Origin: Chitinivibrionales bacterium | Lineage (GTDB): Bacteria; Fibrobacterota; Chitinivibrionia; Chitinivibrionales; WJKA01 | DNA length: 56,645 nucleotides | Assembly: GCA_038247415.1 (NCBI GenBank) | Contig: JBBRUX010000025.1 | Span: forward strand, 1-56,645 | Reading direction: 5' to 3' | Shown: positions 29,172 to 38,358 of the stretch, piece after piece | How the letters are laid out: each line of letters begins with the position of its first letter | Numbering within the stretch: the first letter of the stretch is position 1 | Notes under the pieces: generated by a model | Told to the model about the DNA's origin: nothing | Seen by the model: only the letters and a program-made list of their open reading frames with translations | Database searches by the model: none | Made by a program: the position numbers and the translations under genes

Positions 29172-31127
29172 TTATAAAGGGCTAGCCGTACAGTTCGTAT
29201 CTTCTTTGTTTGGTTCTAACGGCAATTCAATAAGCATTGTTGTGCCTTTTCCTTCGATACTCGTGGCAACTATTGTTCCTCCCCTACGAGCGACCAGTTC
29301 CTTGACTATAGATAATCCTATCCCCGTTGATGCTTCGCTATTGGTTCCGCTGCGCCCAGCACTGGTAAATCGATCGAAAATAAAGGGAAGTTTGTCCTTG
29401 GGAATTCCAATACCAGAATCGGTTACTGCGATGCTAACCGTTTTTTTATTGTCGATAATCGCAATGGTTATTGATCCATTGAGGGGAGTAAATTTAATCG
29501 CATTTGAAATAAGATTATCGAGAATTCTGGTACATGAAGGTACATGCAGGGGAATCGTGATTGGTGTATGAGGCGGCTGAATTCGTAGTGTTATGTGTTT
29601 TTCTTCCAGACGCGTATGAAATAATTCCGATTCCGATTGAACAAGAGAAGCAAGATTGACTTGCGTGAGAGAAAGTTTTTCTTGGGCATCTTTTTCGCGT
29701 GCAGTCACAAGAATATCGGTGATAATAGATTGCGCTTGGTTACACGCTTGATCTATAAGCGAAACTAATTCGCAGGTCTGGTGTGATGTTGTTATAGAGG
29801 GTTCTTCCATGAGTAGATCGCATACACCCGCAATTGACCCAACAGGGTTTTTAAGATCGTGTGCTACAATACTTATAAGCTTATCCTTATCTTGTAATGC
29901 TAATTCCAGAGCTTGAGTGCGCGAAATTACGCGTTCTTCGAGGGATACCGTAAGCTGTTCAAGCTTGACATGTACTGCAATGAACCTTCTTATTAAAAGG
30001 ATCATTGTTGTGGTCATGAGAATAATAAATGCATACGGTAAGGTAAAGAAAAATGGAGCATATCCACTAAAAGCAAGCAGATCGTAAAAGGACGAGCTAA
30101 AGAAAAGAATCATTCCAATGAAGATATACTGCGCGGTGGCGTTGTTTTTACGGATATGGTGCACGCACAGCCCCACTGCAAAAGGTACTGTGCAAAAAAC
30201 TACAAGATACCATACTTGTCGTAACACTGAAATTTGCTTTTCGTCAATAAAAAAACAGGAAACAGCCATACAACAAAGAAAAACAGATGTTGCACGTGGC
30301 AGCATCGAGATTCGATGGGAGAGGAGTCGTGTTAAAAAAAGAATTGCGAAGATTGTTGTTGCAATGCCGCTTATGATATCGAGACGGACAACCAGGTTAT
30401 GGTTATTAACGTAAAGCAGGGTATTCATTGAAGTGTTTGTCGACATGAATATACAAAAGAAAATTGATAGAAACCCAAAGTAAAGATTATACGTTTCTTT
30501 GGGTCGAAGAATGCCTAATAGCAGAAAAAAGAGCGCCATAAGAATGAAACCCCCACACAAAAAGAGGGGAGTAATCATTTCAGAATAATACGAGCGAAAG
30601 ATTTCATAAGAAACATCAATGCTTGCAGGAGTTCGTATTCCATGAAATAATGTTTTATCGAGAATTGTGTAAACTACAAAAAGGTGATTTTTGGTAGAAT
30701 CGGAGAAGTACGATGTCGGCACAATGCAGATTTTTTCGCTTTCGGAGGCTGCTTGATAGGGAAAGAGTGATCCTATTGAGCATATTTTATAGCTATTGAC
30801 ATAAAAGCCTGCAATTTCGCTCCCAATCCCAGTTCTTACTGCGAGAGTTTCGTTGTGTTTCAAAGCTTTTTGATCTGATGAAGGAAGTGTGTAGCGCAGA
30901 GTAAGTGTCCCGCGATATGTTTTGAGCGCCGGGATAGAGCCAAAGGATACCGGAATAGGTAGTGGTTTCCAGCCAGTGGATGTAGGCGCAAAAAATGAAG
31001 TGTCAAAGCCGATGCGATATTCGGAATTTGTGAGTTTTCCCACAAACTCATGGTTTGCGTAGCTTGTAGTAACAATGCTCAAGAGCCCAAAAATACTAAT
31101 AAGCAATGGTTTATTCATCATATGCAT
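29172..31127 (-). CDS. Sensor histidine kinase with extracellular domain and 7TM (7TM-DISM-like) region
   Basis: Signal peptide, about 7 TM helices, H-box AHDLKNP, N-box NLISNAIKF, DSGIGI, FDRF and GIGLSI. Confidence 0.9.
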   Translation of the reverse strand: MHMMNKPLLISIFGLLSIVTTSYANHEFVGKLTNSEYRIGFDTSFFAPTSTGWKPLPIPVSFGSIPALKTYRGTLTLRYTLPSSDQKALKHNETLAVRTGIGSEIAGFYVNSYKICSIGSLFPYQAASESEKICIVPTSYFSDSTKNHLFVVYTILDKTLFHGIRTPASIDVSYEIFRSYYSEMITPLFLCGGFILMALFFLLLGILRPKETYNLYFGFLSIFFCIFMSTNTSMNTLLYVNNHNLVVRLDIISGIATTIFAILFLTRLLSHRISMLPRATSVFLCCMAVSCFFIDEKQISVLRQVWYLVVFCTVPFAVGLCVHHIRKNNATAQYIFIGMILFFSSSFYDLLAFSGYAPFFFTLPYAFIILMTTTMILLIRRFIAVHVKLEQLTVSLEERVISRTQALELALQDKDKLISIVAHDLKNPVGSIAGVCDLLMEEPSITTSHQTCELVSLIDQACNQAQSIITDILVTAREKDAQEKLSLTQVNLASLVQSESELFHTRLEEKHITLRIQPPHTPITIPLHVPSCTRILDNLISNAIKFTPLNGSITIAIIDNKKTVSIAVTDSGIGIPKDKLPFIFDRFTSAGRSGTNSEASTGIGLSIVKELVARRGGTIVATSIEGKGTTMLIELPLEPNKEDTNCTASPL

Positions 31128-31295
31128 TGATGATTTAAATGAGTGAAATTAAAAGAAACTTGATGTTATTAACTATAGTATGTATTAGAGGTTGCCAAAA
31201 CTCAATAAAAAAAGCGCACAGGAAAAAGAGGTGTTAATGAAGAATGGGATATAGCGTAGAAATTAAATTAAGAAAAAGGCCGGATCGAAAGCGAA

Positions 31296-31502
31296 TTACA
31301 TGAACAGATCTTTAATTTTCGACCAGTTTGTTCGTTTTTCAATTTTTACTGCTTGATCTTTAACAGGAGGAAAAATAGACTGGCTCTTGGAAACCTGATT
31401 CTGCTTTGAGGAAGAAGCGGTATCTGAAGCAACGGGAGATTGAGCAAATGATGCAATACAAAAGACTGCAAGAGCAAATGTCAAAATTTTTGGATGCTTC
31501 AT
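31296..31502 (-). CDS. Small secreted protein
   Basis: 68 aa: signal peptide ending SFA-Q, Ser-rich linker and amphipathic C-terminus TNWSKIKDLFM. Confidence 0.65.
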   Translation of the reverse strand: MKHPKILTFALAVFCIASFAQSPVASDTASSSKQNQVSKSQSIFPPVKDQAVKIEKRTNWSKIKDLFM

Positions 31503-31650
31503 AGTAAAACCTTCTACATACCCATAAAAAGGAGTAGAGCCGTGCGTTCTTTATAATATACCATAAATTTAGTAAAAATCAAAAACAATACGTAAAAAAT
31601 GAATCTTTTTTAAAAAAAACCGATGTAAAAAATAACCGCTCTTTGAATTG

Positions 31651-32052
31651 CTATATTTCTTCGGGCAAAAATTCTGTTACTCCAGGAATTAGGCTGCCAA
31701 TTTTTTGTCGTATTTCGTTAAATTGTAATGGCTTGTGAATTATTGAAGAAATACCATCATTAACCAGGACTGCATTTTCTAATTCTCCTTGCCAGCTCGT
31801 TAGGATTATGCATACGGTAGCAGGTTTATTGCTTCTTATCCATCGAGCTATCGATCTGCCTCCCATGCGTCGTATACAAAGCCCCGCAATTACGACATTA
31901 AAATCTTGCCTTTTGAGTTCGTCGAGTCCGCTTTCGGCTGTATGAGTAATGGTGACTCTGCAACCAAGCCTCATGAGACTTTTTCGAGCTACATCACAGG
32001 CAATTGCGTCGTCCTCGATAATGAGAACCGAAAATGGAGTACATTCTGTCAA
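31651..32052 (-). CDS. Single-domain response regulator (atypical receiver)
   Basis: VLIIEDD, ILTS and IHKP motifs. The usual phospho-acceptor Asp position reads VVIAGL. Confidence 0.8.
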   Translation of the reverse strand: MTECTPFSVLIIEDDAIACDVARKSLMRLGCRVTITHTAESGLDELKRQDFNVVIAGLCIRRMGGRSIARWIRSNKPATVCIILTSWQGELENAVLVNDGISSIIHKPLQFNEIRQKIGSLIPGVTEFLPEEI

Positions 32053-32236
32053 TACATTTCCTAGAACTAAATTGAGACCCAGGGCAGCAGTACCTTACTC
32101 ATGTAAGAAGCGTGGGTCATATCACAACAACTGCGTAAATTAAAGATACATTGTACAGATCCTCGAAGCAATCTGATAGGTATTGGAGGATACACAAACG
32201 TCTGGTTCAAGTAGTGCGCCACGGCTTGAAAATGGT

Positions 32237-33406
32237 TTACAAGCCGCTATCAGGGCTTAATTCTGCCGATTTTCGTGCGATAAGAACATTGATTGATCGC
32301 TCACGCTCAAGAGTATTGATTTTTTTTGCAATCTCTTCTTTGAGATTTTTAATGCTTGCTGCATCAAAAGCCGAAACAAAGAGGGCGCTGGGGAATTCGA
32401 CTGTTCGCGCTCTACGAGTGAAGGGATCGGTTATTAAATCTGTCTTGTTGTATACTAAAAGTCGTGGAGTATCTACTATGTCAAGTTCCGCCAAGACGTT
32501 CTCGACTGCTGCAATTTGAGCCTGATTTTGCGAGGAAGCGGCATCCATAATGACAATGAGGATATCTGCTTCACTCGCAACTTCAAGGGTCGATTTAAAC
32601 GATGCAACAAGATGATGGGGTAGTTTTCGAATAAAACCAACGGTGTCGGAGATCAGTACCTCACCAATGGTAGGAATATAGGTACGACGGGTTGCTGTAT
32701 CGAGTGTAGCAAAGAGTTTGTTTTCGGTAAGAACGCCCGATTTACTTAATGCATTGAGCACCGAAGATTTGCCAACATTAGTGTATCCGACAATGGCAAT
32801 TTTAAAAATATCGGAACGTGATTTGCGCTGCGTTGATCGTGACTTTTCTACTTTAGCAAGACGCTCTTTGAGATCGGTAATTTTTTTTTGGACTAGGCGA
32901 CGGTCAATTTCGAGCTGTTTCTCACCAGGGCCAACCGTTCCAATACCACCTACCTGTTGGCTAAAATGAGTCCATGCGTGCGTAAGCCGAGGATACAGCG
33001 TGCGCAATTGGGCAAGTTCCACCTGAATGCGGGCTTCATTGGTTTTTGCGTGGTGCGCAAATATATCCAGAATGAGCTGGCTTCTGTCGATAACCTTTCC
33101 CGAAACCATCTTTTCTATCGTACGAATTTGTGCAGGAGAAAGGTCGGCATCTATAACACAGGTGGTACATTCATGCTCTTTCATTGCCTCGGCGATTTCT
33201 TCTATTTTTCCGTATCCCAAATACGTTGCAGCTTCGGGGTGAGGACGCTTTTGAATGAATGTTGCCATGATCTGCGCATGAGCTGTGGTACAGAGTTGTT
33301 GCATCTCGCTTATGTCAAGTTCAAAAAGCTGTGGGTCGAGATCTGGTGTGCACAGAGCTGCAAGCACAATTTTTTCGAGAATGGGCGCTTTGGCAATGGG
33401 GTGCAT
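32237..33406 (-). CDS. hflX: GTPase HflX
   Basis: LILDIF, GPGEKQLEIDRR, GYTNVGKS, LFATLD, DTVGFI and NKTD motifs. Confidence 0.97.
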   Translation of the reverse strand: MHPIAKAPILEKIVLAALCTPDLDPQLFELDISEMQQLCTTAHAQIMATFIQKRPHPEAATYLGYGKIEEIAEAMKEHECTTCVIDADLSPAQIRTIEKMVSGKVIDRSQLILDIFAHHAKTNEARIQVELAQLRTLYPRLTHAWTHFSQQVGGIGTVGPGEKQLEIDRRLVQKKITDLKERLAKVEKSRSTQRKSRSDIFKIAIVGYTNVGKSSVLNALSKSGVLTENKLFATLDTATRRTYIPTIGEVLISDTVGFIRKLPHHLVASFKSTLEVASEADILIVIMDAASSQNQAQIAAVENVLAELDIVDTPRLLVYNKTDLITDPFTRRARTVEFPSALFVSAFDAASIKNLKEEIAKKINTLERERSINVLIARKSAELSPDSGL

Positions 33407-33422
33407 AATGGTATCTCTTGTG

Positions 33423-34346
33423 CTATAGTTTTATTGTGGGCGAGTCTAGGGGAAAGCCATCGGCGACGAGCAATTGACCTGCGGCAATCTGTGAGGGCGT
33501 AAGGGTAAGAATTTCAGGGTTGCCTTCGGTAATAAGAATAGTGTGTTCAAATTGTGCTGAGAGAGATTTATCTTTGGTGCGCACAGTCCATGTGTCGTTT
33601 GGATCGGTTACAACCTCATAATTGCCAGCATTGATCATGGGTTCTACCGTGAGTGTCATTCCGGGCAAAAGGAGAATGTCGTCTCCTTTTTCGATATGAT
33701 GATACACAGAAAAATATTCGTGAAATTGTGTTCCAATGCCATGGCCTGTGTATTGTCGAACAACCGAATATCCGCATGATTGAACATAGGGATCTATGGC
33801 GTGGGCTATGGCATTAAGGTGCGCGTGAGGCTTTGCAGCAGCGATGCCAATAATAAGTGCATTTGCAGTTACCCTCACCAGATCGCGGGCAGCATCCGAC
33901 ACGTCTCCAATGAAAAAAGTTTCTGAAGAATCTCCATAATACCTATTGACAATAGTTGTTAAATCGACATTGACAATATCACCATCCTGCAGTATTTCTT
34001 GGTCGTTTGGTATTCCATGGCACACAATATTATTAATAGAAATACAGCATGATTTAGGATAGCCATGATACCCAAGACATGCCGGGGTGTGCCCGTGGTC
34101 GAGAGTATATTCGTGGATAAGACCATTAAGACGGGCCGTACTTGTTGAATCCTTTACAAATGGCCGAATATAATCCATAAGCTGTCCATTAAATCTCCCT
34201 GCTTCACGCATTCCGTTTTGGGCGGCAGGGGATTTAATCATTTTGTTTTGAGCGGTAGCGCGTTCCTCTGGGGTATCTTTGCCCAGGTGGCACTTCTTAA
34301 ATTTTTTGCCGCTTCCGCAATAGCAAGGATCGTTTCGTTCAATCAT
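33423..34346 (-). CDS. map: Type I methionine aminopeptidase with N-terminal SEC-C zinc motif
   Basis: RNDPCYCGSGKKFKKCH; CHGIP, DIVNVD, GHGIG..FHE, EPM and SAQFEHT motifs. Confidence 0.96.
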   Translation of the reverse strand: MIERNDPCYCGSGKKFKKCHLGKDTPEERATAQNKMIKSPAAQNGMREAGRFNGQLMDYIRPFVKDSTSTARLNGLIHEYTLDHGHTPACLGYHGYPKSCCISINNIVCHGIPNDQEILQDGDIVNVDLTTIVNRYYGDSSETFFIGDVSDAARDLVRVTANALIIGIAAAKPHAHLNAIAHAIDPYVQSCGYSVVRQYTGHGIGTQFHEYFSVYHHIEKGDDILLLPGMTLTVEPMINAGNYEVVTDPNDTWTVRTKDKSLSAQFEHTILITEGNPEILTLTPSQIAAGQLLVADGFPLDSPTIKL

Positions 34347-34352
34347 GATAGT

Positions 34353-34985
34353 TTACTTTTGCAAAGGCTTGGTGGAAGATTGTGGTAAAGCCATGGTACG
34401 AATAATGTGCCAGTTTGGGATCAGGTAGTCGAACGCCGAGAGCACCGTAAAAAGGGTGGGGAAGAGCATTATATAAAAGCCCACATGAAAGCCCGCAATC
34501 TGGTTGGGAATACCTCCAATATGGTATGCTTGCGCAAGGCACACAAGTAGGGTAAGAGCTGTCCCGATTGCTTGAAGAATGGCCTTTAATTTTCCTGATG
34601 TTCGAGCTGCTTGTACTGTTCCCGCATGCGCAATCATAATTCTAAGAGTTGACAAAATGGAGTCGCGAAATAGAAATGTCATAAACATCCAAAGGGGCAT
34701 GATATTCGTGAGCAGAAATCCTAAAAAGATGGTTTGACGAGATATCGAATCTGCCATTGGATCAACAATCTTTCCAAAATCTGTCACTTGTTTTCGCATA
34801 CGGGCAATATGGCCATCAAAAGCGTCGGACAATTCGATCATGAGAAGGAGTGCAGCACTTGCCCAGAGCCATACTATCGATGCATCGGATTTCATTCCTG
34901 CAATAAAACAATAGGTGAAAGGTGGAGCAAGAACTAGTCGCGAAAGAGTGAGTGCAATTGCTGGGTTGATATTTTTGAGATTCAT
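34353..34985 (-). CDS. pgsA: CDP-alcohol phosphatidyltransferase (PgsA-like)
   Basis: LTLSR and DAFDGHIAR..VTDFGKIVDPMAD motifs. Start set at ATG 34985. Confidence 0.85.
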   Translation of the reverse strand: MNLKNINPAIALTLSRLVLAPPFTYCFIAGMKSDASIVWLWASAALLLMIELSDAFDGHIARMRKQVTDFGKIVDPMADSISRQTIFLGFLLTNIMPLWMFMTFLFRDSILSTLRIMIAHAGTVQAARTSGKLKAILQAIGTALTLLVCLAQAYHIGGIPNQIAGFHVGFYIMLFPTLFTVLSAFDYLIPNWHIIRTMALPQSSTKPLQK

Positions 34986-35220
34986 AGAATTATGGTCTGC
35001 GATAGCGAGTGAAAGAAATGAAAAGAAATAAAATACATAAAATGGCACGGTTTGATGAGGGAATAGAGAATTTTAGCTGGTGTCATCCCCCGCACCATCC
35101 AAAAGCATTGTGTTTTTGCCCGCATGAATACCACTCGACACAACGCATTCGTAAATATCGCAGGGGAAAGCATCTGGGGCTTTCAAGGGGCAATGACGGC
35201 TTCTGCTACGGTTGTAACGA

Positions 35221-35490
35221 TTATCCTACAGTACTATGGCGCAGGCCGGACTGGCTCGGAGATCGGTATGGGTACCATTGTGGTTTGATTGTTGGTGCAG
35301 CATTGCAGGTAGTAGCAATTGTGCGCCTTCTCACAACGAAGGGAAAGATACGTTGCGGGATTGTTTTTTCTGTGCAGGAATATGTGCCAGCGCTGGATTC
35401 ATATCTCATTACAACATGCTTTTTGTAACATGCCCTCACGCATCCCGCGCAAGGAATTAAACCAAGAATAAGAATTGCTTTGATTTTCAT
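35221..35490 (-). CDS. Hypothetical or degenerate small exported protein
   Basis: Signal-peptide-like start MKIKAILILGLIPCAGC; co-oriented with the neighbouring accessory genes; remainder unrecognisable. Confidence 0.3.
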   Translation of the reverse strand: MKIKAILILGLIPCAGCVRACYKKHVVMRYESSAGTYSCTEKTIPQRIFPFVVRRRTIATTCNAAPTIKPQWYPYRSPSQSGLRHSTVG

Positions 35491-35691
35491 AGAACTTTAT
35501 GTTGTTGCACTTTGTACATACCGAGTTGTGGAACCATTGCCCAAACAAACTGACAAATTTTTGTGCCTTATTTCGTATCTGTCAATAGTTAATCAACTGA
35601 TAGCGAGTTGATCTCTATTCATGTAACGAGTCTGGGCTGGATATTTTGGGAACAATGGTACCATCGCACTGAGAAAGGGCATAATTGGTGT

Positions 35692-35973
35692 CTAAGCCGA
35701 GACTTTTTCTTTGAGTTGACCACTTGCATATTTATGCAAAACACGAGACATTAGGGTTTGATAGGGAATACCATCTTGTATTGCTAAAACTTGAAACTCA
35801 TAGAGATCTTTGCCCGAGATCCGATTGGTTACTCGCTTGTCTTTTTTTAACGTGTTTTTTGCAGCTTCTTGAAGTCTCACGTGCAAAGAAGTCATGTTCT
35901 GAGCAGGTTTCAATGAGCCGTTTTCAAATGAGTCAAGGATTTCTTGTTCTTCCTCATCCAGCCTGTGTTTCAT
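35692..35973 (-). CDS. Antitoxin, CopG/BrnA-like ribbon-helix-helix
   Basis: LDEEEQEILDSFE..KDKRVTNRIS..GIPYQTLMSRVLHKYASG pattern of type II antitoxins. Confidence 0.85.
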   Translation of the reverse strand: MKHRLDEEEQEILDSFENGSLKPAQNMTSLHVRLQEAAKNTLKKDKRVTNRISGKDLYEFQVLAIQDGIPYQTLMSRVLHKYASGQLKEKVSA

Positions 35974-35976
35974 ACT

Positions 35977-36093
35977 CTACTCTCCTTGAAGATATTTCTT
36001 CGTGTATTTGCGGCTTGGAATAATTGTTTTTAAAAAGAAACCGCTTTCTTGAATAATAAAAGGCACTAAGTAGACATACTCATTGACATTCAC
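35977..36093 (-). pseudogene. 3' stub of the cognate BrnT-like toxin
   Basis: Hand translation VNVNEYVYLVPFIIQESGFFLKTIIPSRKYTKKYLQGE* ends 3 nt before the antitoxin ATG. Upstream in-frame sequence is unrelated and hits a stop. Confidence 0.75.
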
Positions 36094-36284
36094 ATTAAAT
36101 CTACCTACTTGTGTGCCTTTTGGCAAAAAGTATCGAGACAGAAGTCCGCATGCAAGATTTGGCAGCGGATAACGAGAAGCTAATCTGGCTTTGCCTGCTT
36201 AATCAAATACTAACTTCAATAATTTGACCCAAGACGGATTTTTGGGATGTTTGTAGCCAGCACGGGGCATGGTTGACAGATAAA

Positions 36285-36512
36285 CTATACGGGTTCTTTT
36301 TGTAATCGTTCTGCAACCCATACCTTAATGATTGATTGGCGGGTGACTCCAAGTCGATGAGCCTCTCTGTCGAGTGAGTCGATCATCCAGGTTGGAAAAT
36401 CGACATTGACTCGACGTTGTTCGTGGTTCACTCTGCGAGCAGAAGACATATCCAGATGCGAAACTACATCTTCTCCTTTTTCGAAGGCCTTATCGAATTC
36501 ATGTGCTTTCAT
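36285..36512 (-). CDS. Antitoxin, BrnA/CopG family
   Basis: MKAHEFDKAFEKGED..RRVNVDFPTWMIDSLDREAHRLGVTRQSIIKVWVAERL; start at ATG 36512. Confidence 0.88.
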   Translation of the reverse strand: MKAHEFDKAFEKGEDVVSHLDMSSARRVNHEQRRVNVDFPTWMIDSLDREAHRLGVTRQSIIKVWVAERLQKEPV

Positions 36513-36543
36513 ACCATTCCTTCTCGTTTTTCCGCGAAGCACG
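36499..36543 (-). pseudogene. Last 14 codons of a BrnT-type toxin
   Basis: RASRKNEKEWYEST* overlaps the antitoxin start and resembles the BrnT C-terminal R.sR..E...YE pattern. Confidence 0.55.
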
Positions 36544-37002
36544 GAGTCGTCCCAGCGCCTATCCCCATTAATCCTAAACTTAACACGGGCACCCCAAGGT
36601 ACACTCCATCCATGCTGTTTGTTTTAGATTGATTTTCTGCGATAGTTATTATGAAGAATCCACACGCGGATAGGAATAATTCAGAAACACCTATAATACA
36701 TCAAACCCAGGCCAATTTATTTGTTTTTATGTATTCTGAATTTGAAGCCTTAAAATTTGATTCTAATGGAGCGGATTGGCTTAATGATTTGTTTTGTAAA
36801 GTATCTTTACTTATTTCATATTTTACAACTTTACTTTTGCTGATGGTTACTTCAAAATCATTTCCGAGCTTAATGAAGCTTAGGGTTGTATCTGATATAT
36901 TTGTTTTTTTGCCGTATGATTTTTTACACCATCAATTAAAATGAGCGAATCAGCGCTTGAAGTAAACGCCGCAATCAAAATGAGGAAGATCAGTATTTTC
37001 AT
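36544..37002 (-). pseudogene. Degraded exported/membrane protein gene
   Basis: ATG 37002 gives signal peptide MKILIFLILIAAFTSSA-DSL. A frameshift in an A-run near 36904-36925 is followed by a long open frame, an in-frame TGA at 36701-36703 and two hydrophobic segments that run into the toxin stub. Confidence 0.6.
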
Positions 37003-37027
37003 AGCTTAACTTCTAATTTTGATGGAA

Positions 37028-37468
37028 TTAATATAAGGCTTCGGCGTCTGCTTTATCTTGAAGCCGAGTGGTTGCCAATTTGTTCTTGATTAAATCGATT
37101 TTACTAATAAAATTTGCTTCTATCTCTCCATAGTGCCCACGAAGGTGGTGTGGCCAAGATTCTGTAAAAGTAATTCCAGATATCTCGTTCATAATGTCAA
37201 CCCTAACTGGTTCAACTCCAAAGGTAATAATATTCCCTGGTGTAAGAAATACTTCTTCAGATAAATCTGATTGTGGAAAACCAAAGGAGATAAGACAGTT
37301 AATCAAGTTCTTTACATTTTGAAGAGTATTGTTGTAAAAGAAATCAATATCTTTTGTGAATCGAGGATGACCATGAAATGCTACAGCGTAACCTCCTACG
37401 ATCATGTATTCAACGTGGTGCTTTTCTAGTAACTTTAATAACTCTGAGAAGTCTTGCTGGATATTCAT
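37028..37468 (-). CDS. Minimal nucleotidyltransferase-fold protein
   Basis: YMIVGGYAVAFHGHPRFTKDID, RVDI and DLIKNK..RLQDKAD motifs. Confidence 0.85.
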   Translation of the reverse strand: MNIQQDFSELLKLLEKHHVEYMIVGGYAVAFHGHPRFTKDIDFFYNNTLQNVKNLINCLISFGFPQSDLSEEVFLTPGNIITFGVEPVRVDIMNEISGITFTESWPHHLRGHYGEIEANFISKIDLIKNKLATTRLQDKADAEALY

Positions 37469-37613
37469 AAAATGAAAATTTTCCGGCTTCTAAACGAAGT
37501 AATTCTACTTGATCTAATCTATCTTCAGGCGATTTGGCGAGCCAATAATCACGATCGTTTTTTTTGCAATCATCATGGCTTGTGAATACGGATAAAGAAA
37601 GATTTTTTCTCAT
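37410..37613 (-). CDS. Small partner protein of the nucleotidyltransferase
   Basis: 67 aa with the D.DYWL.KSPE.RL..VE.LR pattern; overlaps the start of the nucleotidyltransferase gene. Confidence 0.7.
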   Translation of the reverse strand: MRKNLSLSVFTSHDDCKKNDRDYWLAKSPEDRLDQVELLRLEAGKFSFYEYPARLLRVIKVTRKAPR

Positions 37614-37779
37614 AATGCAAAAAATAAAAGAAGGGCGCTGATATTGGCAAGTTTCTTTAATCCTGGCCGCCTAGCGGTTGATCCTAGGCAACAAAAATAA
37701 TTGCACATACTTTTTAAACAATAATTGCAAGAGCCATTTTCAATAATTTATTAAAAAGTCATCTTGAAGTTAATAAGAT

Positions 37780-38358
37780 TTACTTAAGGTAATAAACCAA
37801 TGCTACATTTGGTATAGGCCAAATATTAAAACCTGCCTTGCGCATCGAAACTGAAAGAGGCACATCCAAACTAATGGAAATGCGTTGGGCGATAACGAAT
37901 TCCATACCTAGGCCAGCTCCAATGGTGTAAATGTTATCATATTTAAAGCTGTTGTCTGGTGCATGATAGGTCGTGTCTGGATAATAATACTCATAACCAT
38001 AATAATTATTGTTGTCTCCTTGTATAAGCATGCTCGCTCCGAGTAAGCTATACAATCTAAAAACCTTTTTTTGGTTTTGATGAATAGTATACATCACTTG
38101 GCCACCAAGATTCGCCCAAACCCAGGTGCTATATTCATCTTTTCCTCCCAAAACAATGGCAGCAATATTCATGCCTAATCTGTTTTCAAAATGTTTTCTG
38201 AATGCGAAACCCATTCCTGAGGTTGGTCCTGCAGAAAACCCTATTCCTATTTTACCACCATAACTTGTTGGCTCGGATACAGTTGCATCCTCTGCCGCTA
38301 TTAAAACTGCACAGGAAAAAATAAATATGCAGCTTTTTAGAATGTGATTGTGATTCAT
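37780..38358 (-). CDS. Exported protein, probable outer-membrane beta-barrel
   Basis: Signal peptide, alternating Gly/aromatic strands (GIGFSAG, GAGLGMEF) and aromatic C-terminus (VYYLK); AAGGA RBS. Confidence 0.75.
   Translation of the reverse strand: MNHNHILKSCIFIFSCAVLIAAEDATVSEPTSYGGKIGIGFSAGPTSGMGFAFRKHFENRLGMNIAAIVLGGKDEYSTWVWANLGGQVMYTIHQNQKKVFRLYSLLGASMLIQGDNNNYYGYEYYYPDTTYHAPDNSFKYDNIYTIGAGLGMEFVIAQRISISLDVPLSVSMRKAGFNIWPIPNVALVYYLK

Noticed and set aside
35009..35460. 139-aa and 74-aa + strand ORFs upstream of pgsA
   Set aside because: No RBS or domain signature, atypical composition, and opposite orientation to all neighbouring genes.
24004..36703. Two genes interrupted by in-frame TGA (24004 and 36701), raising stop-codon reassignment or selenocysteine
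   Set aside because: Conserved genes in the window (pyrH, ferritin, lsrF, leuA) end at TGA at their expected lengths, and both interrupted genes show other signs of decay. Ordinary pseudogenisation is simpler.
36651..36944. 97-aa + strand ORF
   Set aside because: No recognisable features; better explained as the antisense shadow of the minus-strand pseudogene at 36544-37002.
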